NCBI RefSeq assembly: GCF_006345805.1
Contig: NC_042999.1
Span: forward strand, 172,608,001-172,672,000
Reading direction: 5' to 3'
Origin: Octopus sinensis
Taxonomy: Eukaryota
DNA length: 64,000 bases
A program made the position numbers and the translations under genes. The notes under the pieces were generated by a model. It ran no database searches. It was not told where the DNA came from and worked only from the letters and a program-made list of their open reading frames with translations. Positions 36,684 through 50,637 of this stretch are shown in pieces. How positions within the stretch are numbered: the stretch's first letter is position 1; every line of letters starts with the position of its first letter.

Positions 36684-37109
36684 CTACTGCTGTCTGTCAA
36701 CAAATATAATATTTCGACAACATAAACATAAATTAGAGGTAAAACAACGCAACAATGTAGATTATATGTGTTCGTGCATAGAAAGATATGTATGAATGTT
36801 AATTCTTAAATTTCTACATTATTATTCTTAATCAAATAACAATTAATTAACACAAAGTAGAAAGAACATAGGGATAGATGTATTCTATGAGCAAACGTCA
36901 TAATCATATTGGAATAAACTTAAATATACTAAGTGAAATTTAACTCCGAAATTTGCAAAGCAATCAATCACTATGGAAATCAAATAATAATACTAAATTC
37001 TATAGATATAATAGTTGCAAAATTGTAATGTTTTCCTACAGGTGCATATGCAACAAATACAAATCGAAATGATAAAAAAGTATATTGAGTTGCATAAACT
37101 AAAGTCTTA

Positions 37110-37181
<72 letters not shown>

Positions 37182-37189
37182 TATATAAA

Positions 37190-37259
<70 letters not shown>

Positions 37260-37277
37260 CTATATATATATATATAA

Positions 37278-37316
<39 letters not shown>

Positions 37317-39146
37317 TATATATTATATATAACAATATCGTAGACGGCCTGAACAAAATTCTCAAAAAAATATATTCAATATATAAAGCAATTACTTATA
37401 TATTAAACTGTCAGGCTGGAAATTGGTGGAAGCTAAAGAAAGGAACAATTGAAATTCAACAAAAGAAAGTAGAAAGTAAATATAAAATCCAGAGACATAA
37501 GTCCCCGAGGGCTTAATGTAAGCTGCCAGTAAATAATTTTCTACAGATCCAGTTGCATCTTGCCAGCGTTTGCTTATCAGAATCACGGCAAAACTTTTTG
37601 GAACGTTGAAATCTAATATTATTTTTGAAAAAGACATGGCCATTAAATATAGCTATGTTTGACTCTAATCAAAACTGCGCTTTGCAACATTTTCAAAATA
37701 GATGACATGGTTCCTACCGCGTTACGATAATAAAGTCATGATTTCAATTACTGGACTGTGTCGTGGCCAAGGTATTTATTTTCGCTTTGCTTAAGTTTAT
37801 TCAGTCAAGTATCACCACATTTCGACTGCTAATGCAACCTTCTCGTTGCACTCGCTGTCCAGTTGTTCATGTGCAGTAAGATGAATTTTGAATGGGCCAT
37901 AAAAATGTCTATGCATGCTCGCAGCTGTAGAGGTACCTAAAAGTAATTGATGAAAGCAGTGTTAGTAAATGCTATCAAGTCACACTCACATGGGTGGGAC
38001 AGTTATGCTTTCTGCTCTCAAATGTTTTCTTTAAATGCCAACTTAACAAATATTTTCCAAACATGATCTTACTTTTACACTATGAGATGAAGTTGTAATA
38101 TCCTTGCAACTTTTCACATACACCACCTCGCACATTTTAATAACGCTGACTAATATGTTTAAAACGGTAATATGAGGTTAATGCTATATGCGATAGCGAA
38201 TGTTCTTGTACTGGTTTCAATTTTTGGACTGAGATCACAATAGGTCATTGATTCTAAAGGTTTTGCATATCATATTGACCATATGTGCTAATTTCGTTTT
38301 ACTTTTTTATTTTACCAGATCTATTTGTTGAACTGTTAAGATGCAGGGTAAAATAGTAACATCAGCGATTTTAATACATCAAAGTTAAAAACTAGCAGAC
38401 ACAGATCCTCAGTTACTTCTGCTCATATATATTCTTGTATGGATTAATAGTAGTGACTTATAACTGCTTCACTCAAAGTTTTATAGATGAAAAGACGTGT
38501 CTGATTCTTCGGATGCTGACGATTTAAGTTATGATGCTCACTATTTCTAAAGATGTCAGATGTTTTATGGCTTTATGCGTAAAGTACGTTCCTATTATTC
38601 AATTCGTGTGACGTAGATGAAGGATTTTGGAGATTGCCCGATAACTGTTAAGTATATTAGCTTCTGATGAAATGGTAAACAAATCTGAAGCAATAGATCT
38701 AAATGGTCTTCAAGAGGATTCCTAATAGGATTTCATTATTTTTTTAAGAAAATGTAATAAAAACCCTACCAACTAATGGTTTAAAATTTGCTAATAGGAA
38801 TCGCCGTCGATTGGGGTAGTATGGGAATTAGCCGTTCATGTTAAAGAATAAAGTGTGTACGAAATGTGCTGTTTCTCAAAGAAGTATAGACGGCTGTTAA
38901 GCACTCGAAGTATGAGTGCATATACATGGACATATGTTCTTAGAATATTTGTGGCTGCCTTTCCACAAAGATCGATTCTTACAAAAAGCGGTGATCGCTC
39001 TCCTCCGCTCCTTTGTACTTCTATTGCTATGTTTGCATGCACGTGTATGTATATATATATCTGTGTTCGTGTGTGTGCGCGCAGTGCACGTGATGTGGGT
39101 CAGTGCGTCTGTATATATATACATACACACACAGAGATATATATGC

Positions 39147-39177
<31 letters not shown>

Positions 39178-39199
39178 TACATACATACATATATATATA

Positions 39200-39237
<38 letters not shown>

Positions 39238-39346
39238 TATATATCTATATATATATATATATCCTCCGACCACGAGTCCGCTGCACTACATACATCGCCT
39301 CCACATAAGTATTCATATATATATATATATATATGAATACTTATGT

Positions 39347-39658
39347 GGAGGCGCAATGTCCCAGTGTTAGTGCAGCGGACTCGTGGTCGGAGGATCGCAG
39401 TTTCGATTCCCAGACCGGGCCTTGTGTGTGTTTATTGAGCGAAAACACCTAAAACTCCACGAGGCTCCGGCGGGGGATGGTGGCGACCCCTGTTTTACTC
39501 TTTCGCCCCAACTTTCTCTCACTCTTTCTTTCTGTTTCTTGGGTAACGCTGCGATGAACTGGCGTCCCGTCTAGCTGGGGGGAACACATACGCCACAGAA
39601 ACCGGGAAACCGAGCCCATGAGCCTGGCTAGGCTTGAAACGGGCGCATAAATAAACAA
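39347..39658 (+). mobile_element. tRNA-derived SINE family C with a V-domain-like segment
   Basis: A box GGCGCAATGTCCCAGTGTTAG, B box GTTTCGATTCC, GCTGCGATGAACTGGCGTCCCGTC (V-SINE-like), CAGAAACCGGGAAACC tail. Confidence 0.75.
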
Positions 39659-40396
39659 TAAAATGTATACTTATATGTGAATGTATAGTTCATAACCCTT
39701 TCCACTATTCCATTTTGATTAATACTGCTTTATATTTAGAAACATATCGGCAAATAAAGATTTAGTCCTACTCGTTACACAGACACAGCATTTACTGAGG
39801 GTTTTCTCTCGATCTCTCCTCAAAAGTAAAAGTGCACATGGATTGTCCTGATGAAGCGCTTTCAAGAATGATGTGCCTGTACAACTGCTATGTCTAAATC
39901 ATTAGTTGCCCGTATAATTATGAATATGCCTCAAGATTATAACCGATGAAATAATATCGCGAAATGCAATTATCTTACTCTCGTATTTAAACTTTACGCC
40001 GAAATATAATACATGGATTTTTTGGTTGTTCGAAGAGCAGTTCCATAAGGATATTTCACCCTTCCAGGCTTCTCATTATAGCTCCCTGTGGAAGTGCTAC
40101 GGTAAAATTCTGGATTATATTGCCCCAAATGTCCGAACATGTACGCACGCACACACCCACCATCACATACACACACATTCACACATACACACGCGTACAT
40201 ACACAAACACGCATGCACAGACACATATATATATATATACATCCATACTGGCGTATATATATGAAGAGCTTCAGCATTGTTCCTCATTTACCAGATCTGT
40301 CTCACACAGTATGTTCTAGATTGCAACAGCTCGATGTAATAACGCATCGAAATCGGGCAGTTCGCATTCTTCTAATATTATATATATATATATATA

Positions 40397-40427
<31 letters not shown>

Positions 40428-40466
40428 CATACATACATACATACATACATACATACATACATAATG

Positions 40467-40528
<62 letters not shown>

Positions 40529-41412
40529 TATATATATATACATATATATATATGCATATATATATAGAGAGAGAGGGGGAGGGAGAGAGAAAAGAAGGGA
40601 AATATGGAGATGTGTTTATATATGTGAAGACGATGTACATATCTACGCACGTGCATGTATAAAAATACGTGCATCTATATGCAGCTATATTGTTGTGCAT
40701 ATATATGTTCATATAACATTCGAGATATTGAAGCTTTCGCATGCTGAATCCCTATACCTAGCCTTAGACTCCAGGCAGTCTCTCGCTTTTATTGTTGTAT
40801 TTCTAGAAGTAAATGTGACATTTCTTATTATAGCACCAACTTTATGCATAGTATTGGTAACTGGATACCGTTGCAAATTTATCTAGTAACTACTGTCTCA
40901 TTCTGAAAGTAAAACATCGATATTTCAGCTGCACTATCGACACAGATATATTGTAGAATGAAGAGAAATGGTGAAAGAGAATATGAATAAGGTGAGAGAT
41001 AAAAAGAGAGAGTGAGATAAAGAATAATCAGTGGTATGGCAGCATCCTCGCCTAGCGTATTCTAATTAGACATCTGGACATGCCTGGTCCTGTTTAAGCT
41101 GTCATGTTACAGTCATGATATCTATTGGTATGTATTTAATGAAGCGGCGTTTCAAATTGAAATGTATAGAAGTGGTGTTGGGCTGTGAGAAGGTAGAAAG
41201 AAAAATTGTGAGTGCTGCAAAGCAGAAATTGTAGATTTTATGATTGTTCACTTGATGTAAGCGAAATGGATATGCTTCTGTACATATATGCATGCACACG
41301 CATGCAAACATTTGCATATATATATATATATATCTGTGTGTATATATATATATATATATATGTATATATTTATATATATACACGCATACATATATGTGTG
41401 TGTATACGTATG

Positions 41413-41463
<51 letters not shown>

Positions 41464-41464
<1 letters not shown>

Positions 41465-42662
41465 TACATGCACAAACGTGTGTCTGTAAGCATACATACA
41501 TACAGCCATAAATACATGTGTGTATATATATATATATATATATATTCAGGCATGTGTATGTATATGTAGACATACGTGCAAACGTAGACGCCTGTATGTA
41601 TGGTTCGACACACACAGTTACACAGTCATAGTGATATAGAAAGAAAGGGGGAAACGGAGATAAACACAGAGAATAAAGATATATGGCAAAGAGAAAAATG
41701 TGAATAGAAATTGTGGAGATTAAATTTTATTATTCCAGCATTCAGGTATTCCTTGATTTGATATTCTTGACAGGAAATCGAAGGATACTACGTTTAATGT
41801 TTACCAGTGGCCATGGACATTATAAGACTCTTGGGAATAGTAAAGCTATCTGATAGAATTTCTTCGACTGCATATGCATCAGCAGTGTCGACGAGTTGGG
41901 GAATATGTGCCGAAGTAAGAGCATTTCACAAAGAAATGGAAAACGCATAAGAACAACAAATACAGATACAGAGCGCCAAAGATAAAAACAAAAAATAAGG
42001 AATGTAACAATGGTTATGACGGCAATAACGGCACCAGAATAAAAATATAAAAGAACACTATTAGGAATGGTTATGCTAATCTGCGAGTTGTATATAAATG
42101 TCTGTATGCATATAGAAGCGTTACCTGCAGACAGATCATATACATTTATCAATGTAGAGCTGCGGGAGCGACCAGTGCAGCGGTCAACGCAACAGCAGAT
42201 GAATTTTAAAGAATGTTCAGTCAGTTAATGTGTCCTCGGAGAAATCAAATTAATGGAGTTTTAAAATCCTTATTCCCCATAGACCTTTCTGGAAAGTGGT
42301 AGGAAATTACAAGTTTTAGTTTGGTAACTTTTAAGAAAACGTCTTTCATTTTTTTTCATTTCTTTATATGTTGATATTTTAAAATTCTATTGATTCCGTC
42401 TTTCCATTAGAAATTTTTAGCCTGTTGGAGTTTGTGCTTTATATAGATTACAGATACCTCGTAGTACAATAGAAAATATAACAAACATATTAATGGTTCC
42501 TGAATATGCTATATTTTATAAAGAGTCAGTTAAAATATTTCCTTTCTCAGGAGAAAATAACAACATAACAATATGATTTAGCGTTTGTTGGACGTAAAAT
42601 ATATTGTACTAAATATTGTTTTACAATCGTCGAGGTATGTGGTTGTGTGTGTATGTGTGTGT

Positions 42663-42697
<35 letters not shown>

Positions 42698-42748
42698 TAC
42701 ATGCACAAACGTGTGGCTGTAAGCATACATACATACAGCCATAAATAC

Positions 42749-42780
<32 letters not shown>

Positions 42781-43889
42781 TCAGGCATGTGTATGTATAT
42801 GTAGACATACGTGCAAACGTAGACGCCTGTATGTATGGTTCGACACACACAGTTACACAGTCATAGTGATATAGAAAGAAAGGGGGAAACGGAGATAAAC
42901 ACAGAGAATAAAGATATATGGCAAAGAGAAAAATGTGAATAGAAATTGTGGAGATTAAATTTTATTATTCCAGCATTCAGGTATTCCTTGATTTGATATT
43001 CTTGACAGGAAATCGAAGGATACTACGTTTAATGTTTACCAGTGGCCATGGACATTATAAGACTCTTGGGAATAGTAAAGCTATCTGATAGAATTTCTTC
43101 GACTGCATATGCATCAGCAGTGTCGACGAGTTGGGGAATATGTGCCGAAGTAAGAGCATTTCACAAAGAAATGGAAAACGCATAAGAACAACAAATACAG
43201 ATACAGAGCGCCAAAGATAAAAACAAAAAATAAGGAATGTAACAATGGTTATGACGGCAATAACGGCACCAGAATAAAAATATAAAAGAACACTATTAGG
43301 AATGGTTATGCTAATCTGCGAGTTGTATATAAATGTCTGTATGCATATAGAAGCGTTACCTGCAGACAGATCATATACATTTATCAATGTAGAGCTGCGG
43401 GAGCGACCAGTGCAGCGGTCAACGCAACAGCAGATGAATTTTAAAGAATGTTCAGTCAGTTAATGTGTCCTCGGAGAAATCAAATTAATGGAGTTTTAAA
43501 ATCCTTATTCCCCATAGACCTTTCTGGAAAGTGGTAGGAAATTACAAGTTTTAGTTTGGTAACTTTTAAGAAAACGTCTTTCATTTTTTTTCATTTCTTT
43601 ATATGTTGATATTTTAAAATTCTATTGATTCCGTCTTTCCATTAGAAATTTTTAGCCTGTTGGAGTTTGTGCTTTATATAGATTACAGATACCTCGTAGT
43701 ACAATAGAAAATATAACAAACATATTAATGGTTCCTGAATATGCTATATTTTATAAAGAGTCAGTTAAAATATTTCCTTTCTCAGGAGAAAATAACAACA
43801 TAACAATATGATTTAGCGTTTGTTGGACGTTAAAATATATTGAACTAAATATTGTTTTACAATCGTCGAGGTATGTGGTTGTGTGTGTA

Positions 43890-43927
<38 letters not shown>
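41464..43927. repeat. Near-perfect tandem duplication, unit ~1,233 bp (41464-42696 and 42697-43927)
   Basis: Identical 110-aa ORFs 1,235 bp apart; only about 3 point differences plus microsatellite length changes seen; junctions lie in (GA)n. Confidence 0.95.
41820..42224 (-). other. 134-codon stop-to-stop hydrophobic ORF of unknown status (membrane-protein-like; duplicated at 43055-43459)
   Basis: Non-microsatellite sequence with a long TM-like stretch VLLYFYSGAVIAVITIVTFLIFCFYLWR and a run of RNY codons; family not identifiable. Confidence 0.3.
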
Positions 43928-43929
<2 letters not shown>

Positions 43930-44205
43930 TGTGTGTGTGTGCGTGTGTGTGACTGAAGCCATTATATATTAAATATAAATTATATTTTGGAAGAAACAGT
44001 TGTTTAAATGTTTACCAAAAATCAGAAATAACATATAAACGACTCCTGATAACTTGTATCCACCCCGACTGAATTTATACCTCCATCATCCCCCCCCCAG
44101 TTTTCCCAATTACTACAACTGCTGCTGCTAATACTCCTCCTCCTCCACTTATTCCTCCTCTTCCTCCTCCTACTATTCATGCTGCTGCTGCTACTACTAC
44201 TACTA

Positions 44206-44244
<39 letters not shown>

Positions 44245-44807
44245 TACTTAGGAAGTCATCATTGATAAGTCGTATGGGAAGAGAAATCCCTACAATGTGG
44301 GTTGAGACCAATATTTCTGATTCTTTGGACAAGGAACCAGAAGTGATAGCAGCGCTTTGAGAGTCGAGAAATTGTGATACATGAAGACGTTCTTTGCAAA
44401 CTTGATAGTCATCATGATTGATAGTCATCATGAAACATGAGCGCAGTCGTCTGAACATGTCTGTTCTGAGGAGATTTTCAAGTCGTTGCAGGAGTTCATT
44501 TTTTTGGCCCAAACAGCAACGCAGTTACCAGTGGGCGACTTGGTGTATGTGTGTGTTTGAGGGTTTTTATGTTTATAGGGATATGCATTAGGAGTTGCTT
44601 TCCCTCACCCACCAAAGGTAATGAAAAATCTATACATGGTTTCACTCGACCAGTTTCTATTTACCTCCAGTGAATCGGAATTGAGGCACGGGTAATGTCA
44701 AAGATAATTTATATGAAACTAACTGAGCTCCGGACTGATTTAAAGGGATATAGGGTCAAGCACGAAGGCCTACTCAAACAAACTGATGAGCTAAGGCATC
44801 GTCGCCT

Positions 44808-44900
44808 TGCAGAATTGTTAGCGCACTGGGTTCGATGTAATCGACTTAACTCCGACTCGAAATTGCTGGCCTAGCACCAGAATTTGAAACCCTTATTATT
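44808..44900 (+). mobile_element. SINE family A, internally deleted
   Basis: GCAGAATTGTTAGC joined directly to GCACTGGGTTCGATGTAATCGACTT..GAAATTGCTGGCC..AATTTGAAACC. Confidence 0.6.
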
Positions 44901-44949
44901 ATTTTCTATGTTTGTGCCCGATGTGCATAAAATTCCAAAAAGCTTATTT

Positions 44950-45780
44950 CTTTTCACGCTCCGATAAACAAACATACGGCAATATGAAAATGCATCCAAC
45001 TGCTTCAAACAAATCAAGCCACTGATACTAACAATCATTTCAACATGGCCCAAGATATTCGTGCTGTAATCACAGAGGTCTTTGATTTGTTTCCAATGGG
45101 ATGTACATTCACACTGGGAAGCAAGGCATATGGTAAACTCTAAAGAAAAATAAATGCTTCTTCACTGACAACTATTGATCTATTGCTCTAGTTTCTAACA
45201 TTACTCACGTCTTAACAATAGCGTTCTTCACTTACTTGCTCTTCATCAATTCCATAGAATCACATCCATTGTAGATATATGGTTTTAATTACTAACCTGT
45301 CAGTTCTCTCTTTAGAGATATTGACCAAAGCAATATTGCTACGCTATACATTACTACAATATACAATCGTGTGTCGCATGCAAAATAACCATCAAGCTCA
45401 TTTCTTGGATTGATAGCTCTTCTTATATCCCATAACTTTAAGATATTTTGACGGAGCTCTTTCTTTCCGTTGAACTAATAACTCTGCTGTTATTCAGTGT
45501 TCGATTTTGGTTCCTCTTCTCTTCTTCCTGTATATACGCCACATTCTACAACACCTCTATTTATACTGACGACAAAACACTTCATTCTTCACAAAAAAAA
45601 AAAATCCACAATCACAGGTCATTCACATTACGCCTAAACATCACAAACCAAACATACATTGATTTTATGAACGATTATAAATGTATTTTCCATTGGGATA
45701 AGAGCTAGCATAACTCGATTCACAGCAAAATAATCGCAATAATATCTCATATCAAGAAAGCACTACCAATATGAGCAGCA
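44950..45780 (+). mobile_element. Decayed CR1/L2-group LINE reverse transcriptase
   Basis: DNY*SIALVSN, IYGF, YNRVSHAK, VIQCSILVPLLFFLYI and IYTDDKT appear in correct RT motif order. Confidence 0.7.
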
Positions 45781-46286
45781 CTCAGCTCAAAGTCTGAACA
45801 TCACTAGCGCCGAGGATATTTTCTGGCAAAAACACATCCTTTGTGTTGCTAGGGCCGCATCACAAACACTGGCCCTTCACTGCAGGGCCAGTAAATTTGT
45901 CAACCTTCAACAGCGTCGGAGACTATGCAAGGTACTAGTGAGCTCATAGTGGAGTACTGTTCTCACGTTTGCTATTCGCACCAATATCTTGCGCCACATA
46001 CAAAAATGTAACTTGCCTTTCTGGAATATTATAACTAACCAGCATTAGCTGATAATATGAAAATGCTTGCGTGTACACACACACACACACACGCACATAC
46101 ACACATGTGTATATACTGATACACATATACATATATACACACACACACATATATATGACAAATAGTAAGAGACGGAAAATGGAATATACGTGAAACTTTA
46201 CTGGTGATACACACACACACACATACATGCATACATACACACATACATGCATACATACATACATACATACATACATAATACATACA

Positions 46287-46356
<70 letters not shown>

Positions 46357-46846
46357 ACTACATGTATGGATAAGCAAGTTAGAAAGATCAGTATATAAAG
46401 TACAGAATTCTGACAGTTACGACGACGAGAGTACCAACTGATATTATCAACGGAAAGTGCAAGTGGCTGATCACTCCACAGACACAAGTACTCATAAGGG
46501 TAGTTATCAGGGAGATTCAGCGTGCCACGCGCTTTCACCATATAAACTATGTTAACTGCATGAAATACAAAAAATGTCTGTTTAGAAACGAAAATGTCCG
46601 ACTTACACTGAATGCAAATGATAACCTCCTTAATTTTCTATATCATTTGTATTCTGTGTAAGTCGGATACTTTTACATATGTACATTTTTTGTATTCAAT
46701 ATACTTTATATATTGATCTGTCTAACTTGCTTATCCCTAAATTTAATTCTATACCTGCTGAAGTTGAAATCTCATGAGTACTAATAAGTGTATTCTATAC
46801 GGAGAACATCTGGTTCGCATTTTGAACTATGCGCACAGACAGACAG

Positions 46847-46877
<31 letters not shown>

Positions 46878-46878
46878 C

Positions 46879-46930
<52 letters not shown>

Positions 46931-47731
46931 GACAGGTCTGATCTATAAGTATCCGGACTATGGCTATAGTAAAACACGTAGAGTGAAGCCGGTCGGCGCA
47001 AATTGACCTTGAAATGTGTTGTGTATGCGCTTTAAATTTTAACGTCCTAGCTCACTTCCGCTGTTTACAGCAGTGCTTGCAATGAAGGTGTGTAGCGTGT
47101 GATCGTCATATTGACCATGACAGAGAAATTTGTCACGGCGATACTTGCTCAGAAGCCTACGCAAAGTTGCAGCAAGTGTATGGAGAGGAGCTGCACACAA
47201 GTGTATGAGTGATTCAGGCGTTTCTAAGACGGCTGAAAAAATAATGTCGACATTGACGAATGTTCTGGGAGACCCGCAACCAGAAGATATGAGAAAAATA
47301 TCGCAGATATGCGTGCAACTGTGAGGGGAACTCGACGAATCACCATCCGTTCAGGTCAGTGAGTTATCACTGAGGAGTTGTGTACGAGACGCATATCTGC
47401 CAAGTTTGTGCCAAAACTGCTTTCTGCTAAACAAGAAGACTCTAGATTTCAGTTGCACAAGATCTTGATTGTGTCGAGAACATTTTTTGAAAACTTTACA
47501 TAGGCCTCTGAGCGAGTATCACCCGGCTTTTAGCAAAATTCGATGCGGAATCTCTGCTCAACTTTCTCTTCCATGTTAAACACCTGTAAAGAGTGGAACA
47601 GAGGTAGAATGTTGACACTTAGGGCGCCTGCACAGTAAAATGCAAGGTCAGTTTGTGTCAAGCAGCTTTATACTCCGTGCTGTAGCTTCGTTGCTATAGC
47701 AACAGTCCGGATATTTATTGATCAGAATGCG
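46931..47731 (+). mobile_element. Non-autonomous mariner (family 2), both TIRs, ~0.8 kb
   Basis: Left TCTGATCTATAAGTATCCGGACTATGGCTATAG and right (reverse complement) TCTGATCAATAAATATCCGGACTGTTGCTATAG; internal EAYAKLQQVYGE, SGRPAT, RRISAKFVPKLLS. Confidence 0.85.
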
Positions 47732-50543
47732 TGTGTGTGTGTATGTGTGTGTTGTATAAAAAAATGGCATATCGTGATCAAAAATGTATTTCCGTGATTA
47801 ACATTGGTACTTTAGCGTCAAGAATCGCTTCTAGTGCTTCGTCCATGCAGCCGAGTTCTTTGTCGATATGTTTTATACCTGAAACGTCTAATATTTCTTC
47901 TCTAAATCGAAGATTTTTTTTACCATAATGAGAAAATTAACGGTTCTTGTAGTTCGAGGGAGAAAATTTAGATCTAGGGTAACAGGCATACATTATTATA
48001 CCATGACAGGATTTGAGTGCGAAGAAATATTATATGAATCAATCCACGTAAATTGCAGAGCAGATAAGTAATTTTAGCGTTGGCTTTTCACTGGGGTTCA
48101 AAACAAGTATAAAAATCGTAATGAACCGACGCTTTAGGTATGGTTCTTAGCTCTTCGCTTTGTTATTCTTACAGCACAAACATTAAAATAAAAGAAACTG
48201 AAAATGAGCCTGTTCAGTAACTACCTCTTTGGTTCAGTGCCTTTCAATCCATAATTATCATTAAGGAACAAGATAAAGTAGCTAAGTTAGAAAATACGAG
48301 AATGGATCTTGATCTTGATCAGATAAGAAAGAAAACACCTATTCAAGCTTACAGAATTTTTTTTTTTTTTTATAACGAAAACATTAAAAGTAAATTTGGT
48401 ACATTATTACGTCATGCAGAATTTACGATCTTCATTTACATACAGATTATTTATGAAGTAACCGAAAAGAAGCCACGTAAGCTTTCATTAGAGCACTGCA
48501 AAAACAAAACTCACAACCAGCCCATCCACGCACCCCAAAGCCCGTCACCTTTGGCAAGTGTTTTCTACTATACTCCCGAGACAACCAAATCTCTTTGCAA
48601 GGAAATGCTGGCAGGAAACTGAAATAAGCAAGTCGAATACAGGTTGAATATACCTACATAAAACATACATGTGTGCGTGTGTCTGTGTGTGTGTATGTGT
48701 GTGTGTGTAACTGTAAGGACAAGCAACTTAGGCAAGTCGATATACAAAAAATATTTAAAATATTTTATGCAAAAATTTATCTCTGTTTACATATAAAATG
48801 GCCCAACTTACACGGAATTAAAGGGGTCGAAGTGGATTTTATATACGGAGAATACTTGTCTCTATGTGTATGTGTGTGCGTACGCACGTGGGTGTTTGTG
48901 TGCATGTGCACGTATATATATATTATATATATATATATATTTGAGTCTCTATGTTTGTCCTATACCATTGTTTGGTACCCGGTACTGGTTTGTAGACGTT
49001 ATCTTAATGGTTCTGCAATAGAGAGTGATAGAATATGTGCCGGATTTTAAAAGAAAACAGGTAAATACTGGGCTCGATTCCTTCGGCTAAACCTGTTACG
49101 CGCTACTCAAGGATGGCCACAGTAAGTTGGCAAAAATAAGTAATAACGTTAAAAAAGATAACCTATACACCAATCATTTTTTCATATATAAGTGTATTTG
49201 TGATTCTACGGAATAAACTTAAAGGCTAACGTACACAATCACACGGTTGAAATAAACATGAAGATTTGATATATAAATTTCGGAGATAACCACAAGTTTC
49301 GAATGCTAGAATTTAATCCGTGTTTCTACAACTCTTCCAGTAAATTTCGAAGAAATCTCTGACACAAAACAGCATTCATATGCTTTTTAAAAATAAGTTA
49401 TTATCATATGTTGTTTGAATGGTGGGTAAGGTAATAACAATGTATATATTTCCTTTTGTACAATTATTGTAGCTAATTTGTAATCAACTTTAGAGTGATT
49501 GTAATGCAGTTTAATAATGAATTGAATTGTCTTCCCAGGAAGAAAAAAGCACGAAAAAGTCACTCTTATTGAAGAAGTTTATAGGCAATTACGGACGTAT
49601 ATATAAATACGAGTGTGTACTCTTTCGTGTGTGTGAGTATGTTTATGTGTGTTTGTCTGTGGGAGAGAGAGAGAGGAGGGAGAAAGCGGAGGGGCGGGCG
49701 GGAGGGTATGCATGTTTGTTAGTAAATGTTGTTTGTGCAAATACAGGTATATTTTAGAGAAAACCCCACCTATTCGAATTAAACTGCTTTGAAACAAACA
49801 GTGTAGTTTCTATATGGTCAGATTAAACACAAGAAAATGCCCCAACATCCTTTCTCCTGTCTATTACTGTCTTGAACGTTATAAGGACATATTCATGTTA
49901 TTGTCGTATAACTCATATATCTGCATGAACAATAGTGTGTACCTGTATGTATGAATTTGTGTATATGCATGCATATATACACGTGCACAGGCATCCACAC
50001 ATACATACACGTAAAGGTATATTTATATAAGCATGCGTGTGACTACGTACGTGTGCTTGCGAGTATGTGTATGTATGTGTGTGTGCATATGGGTGCGTGT
50101 ATATATGTATATGCTTGTGTGTATACTACGAGTGTGTTGGTTTGTTGCTTATACCTGAACCAGCATAAACATAACCCCGTGATTGAGAAACATGCTTTGA
50201 AGGCATGAAATCGATCAATTGTATATCATTGTACCATTGACAAGCGTTATTTATAACCATTACCTAGGGTCAGCCTAAGTCTTTTCATTGAGTTTGCAAA
50301 GACGGAACCCTCACGTATTCCCATTCCACTACCTAGGAGTCTTTTACAAAAGATTACTATTGTCATGCTGTGTCATATCAGTTCTGCCTGAAGATTAGAT
50401 TGAGGACACAATTATCGATATAAATATGAGAATTTTGCACAGCAATGGAATGCGCAGGTAGTTAAGTCGATCGATCAACAAGAACACTTATCGTCGGAAG
50501 CTAGGGAGAATTTATTAGAAGTGTGTATATTCTATTTAAACCA

Positions 50544-50637
<94 letters not shown>

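Noticed and set aside
39848-39880. CTGATGAAGCG hammerhead-like start
   Set aside because: No downstream GAAA box or stems.
44783-44815. CTGATGA followed by a hairpin
   Set aside because: Followed by GAAT, which belongs to the SINE-A head; no stem I or III.
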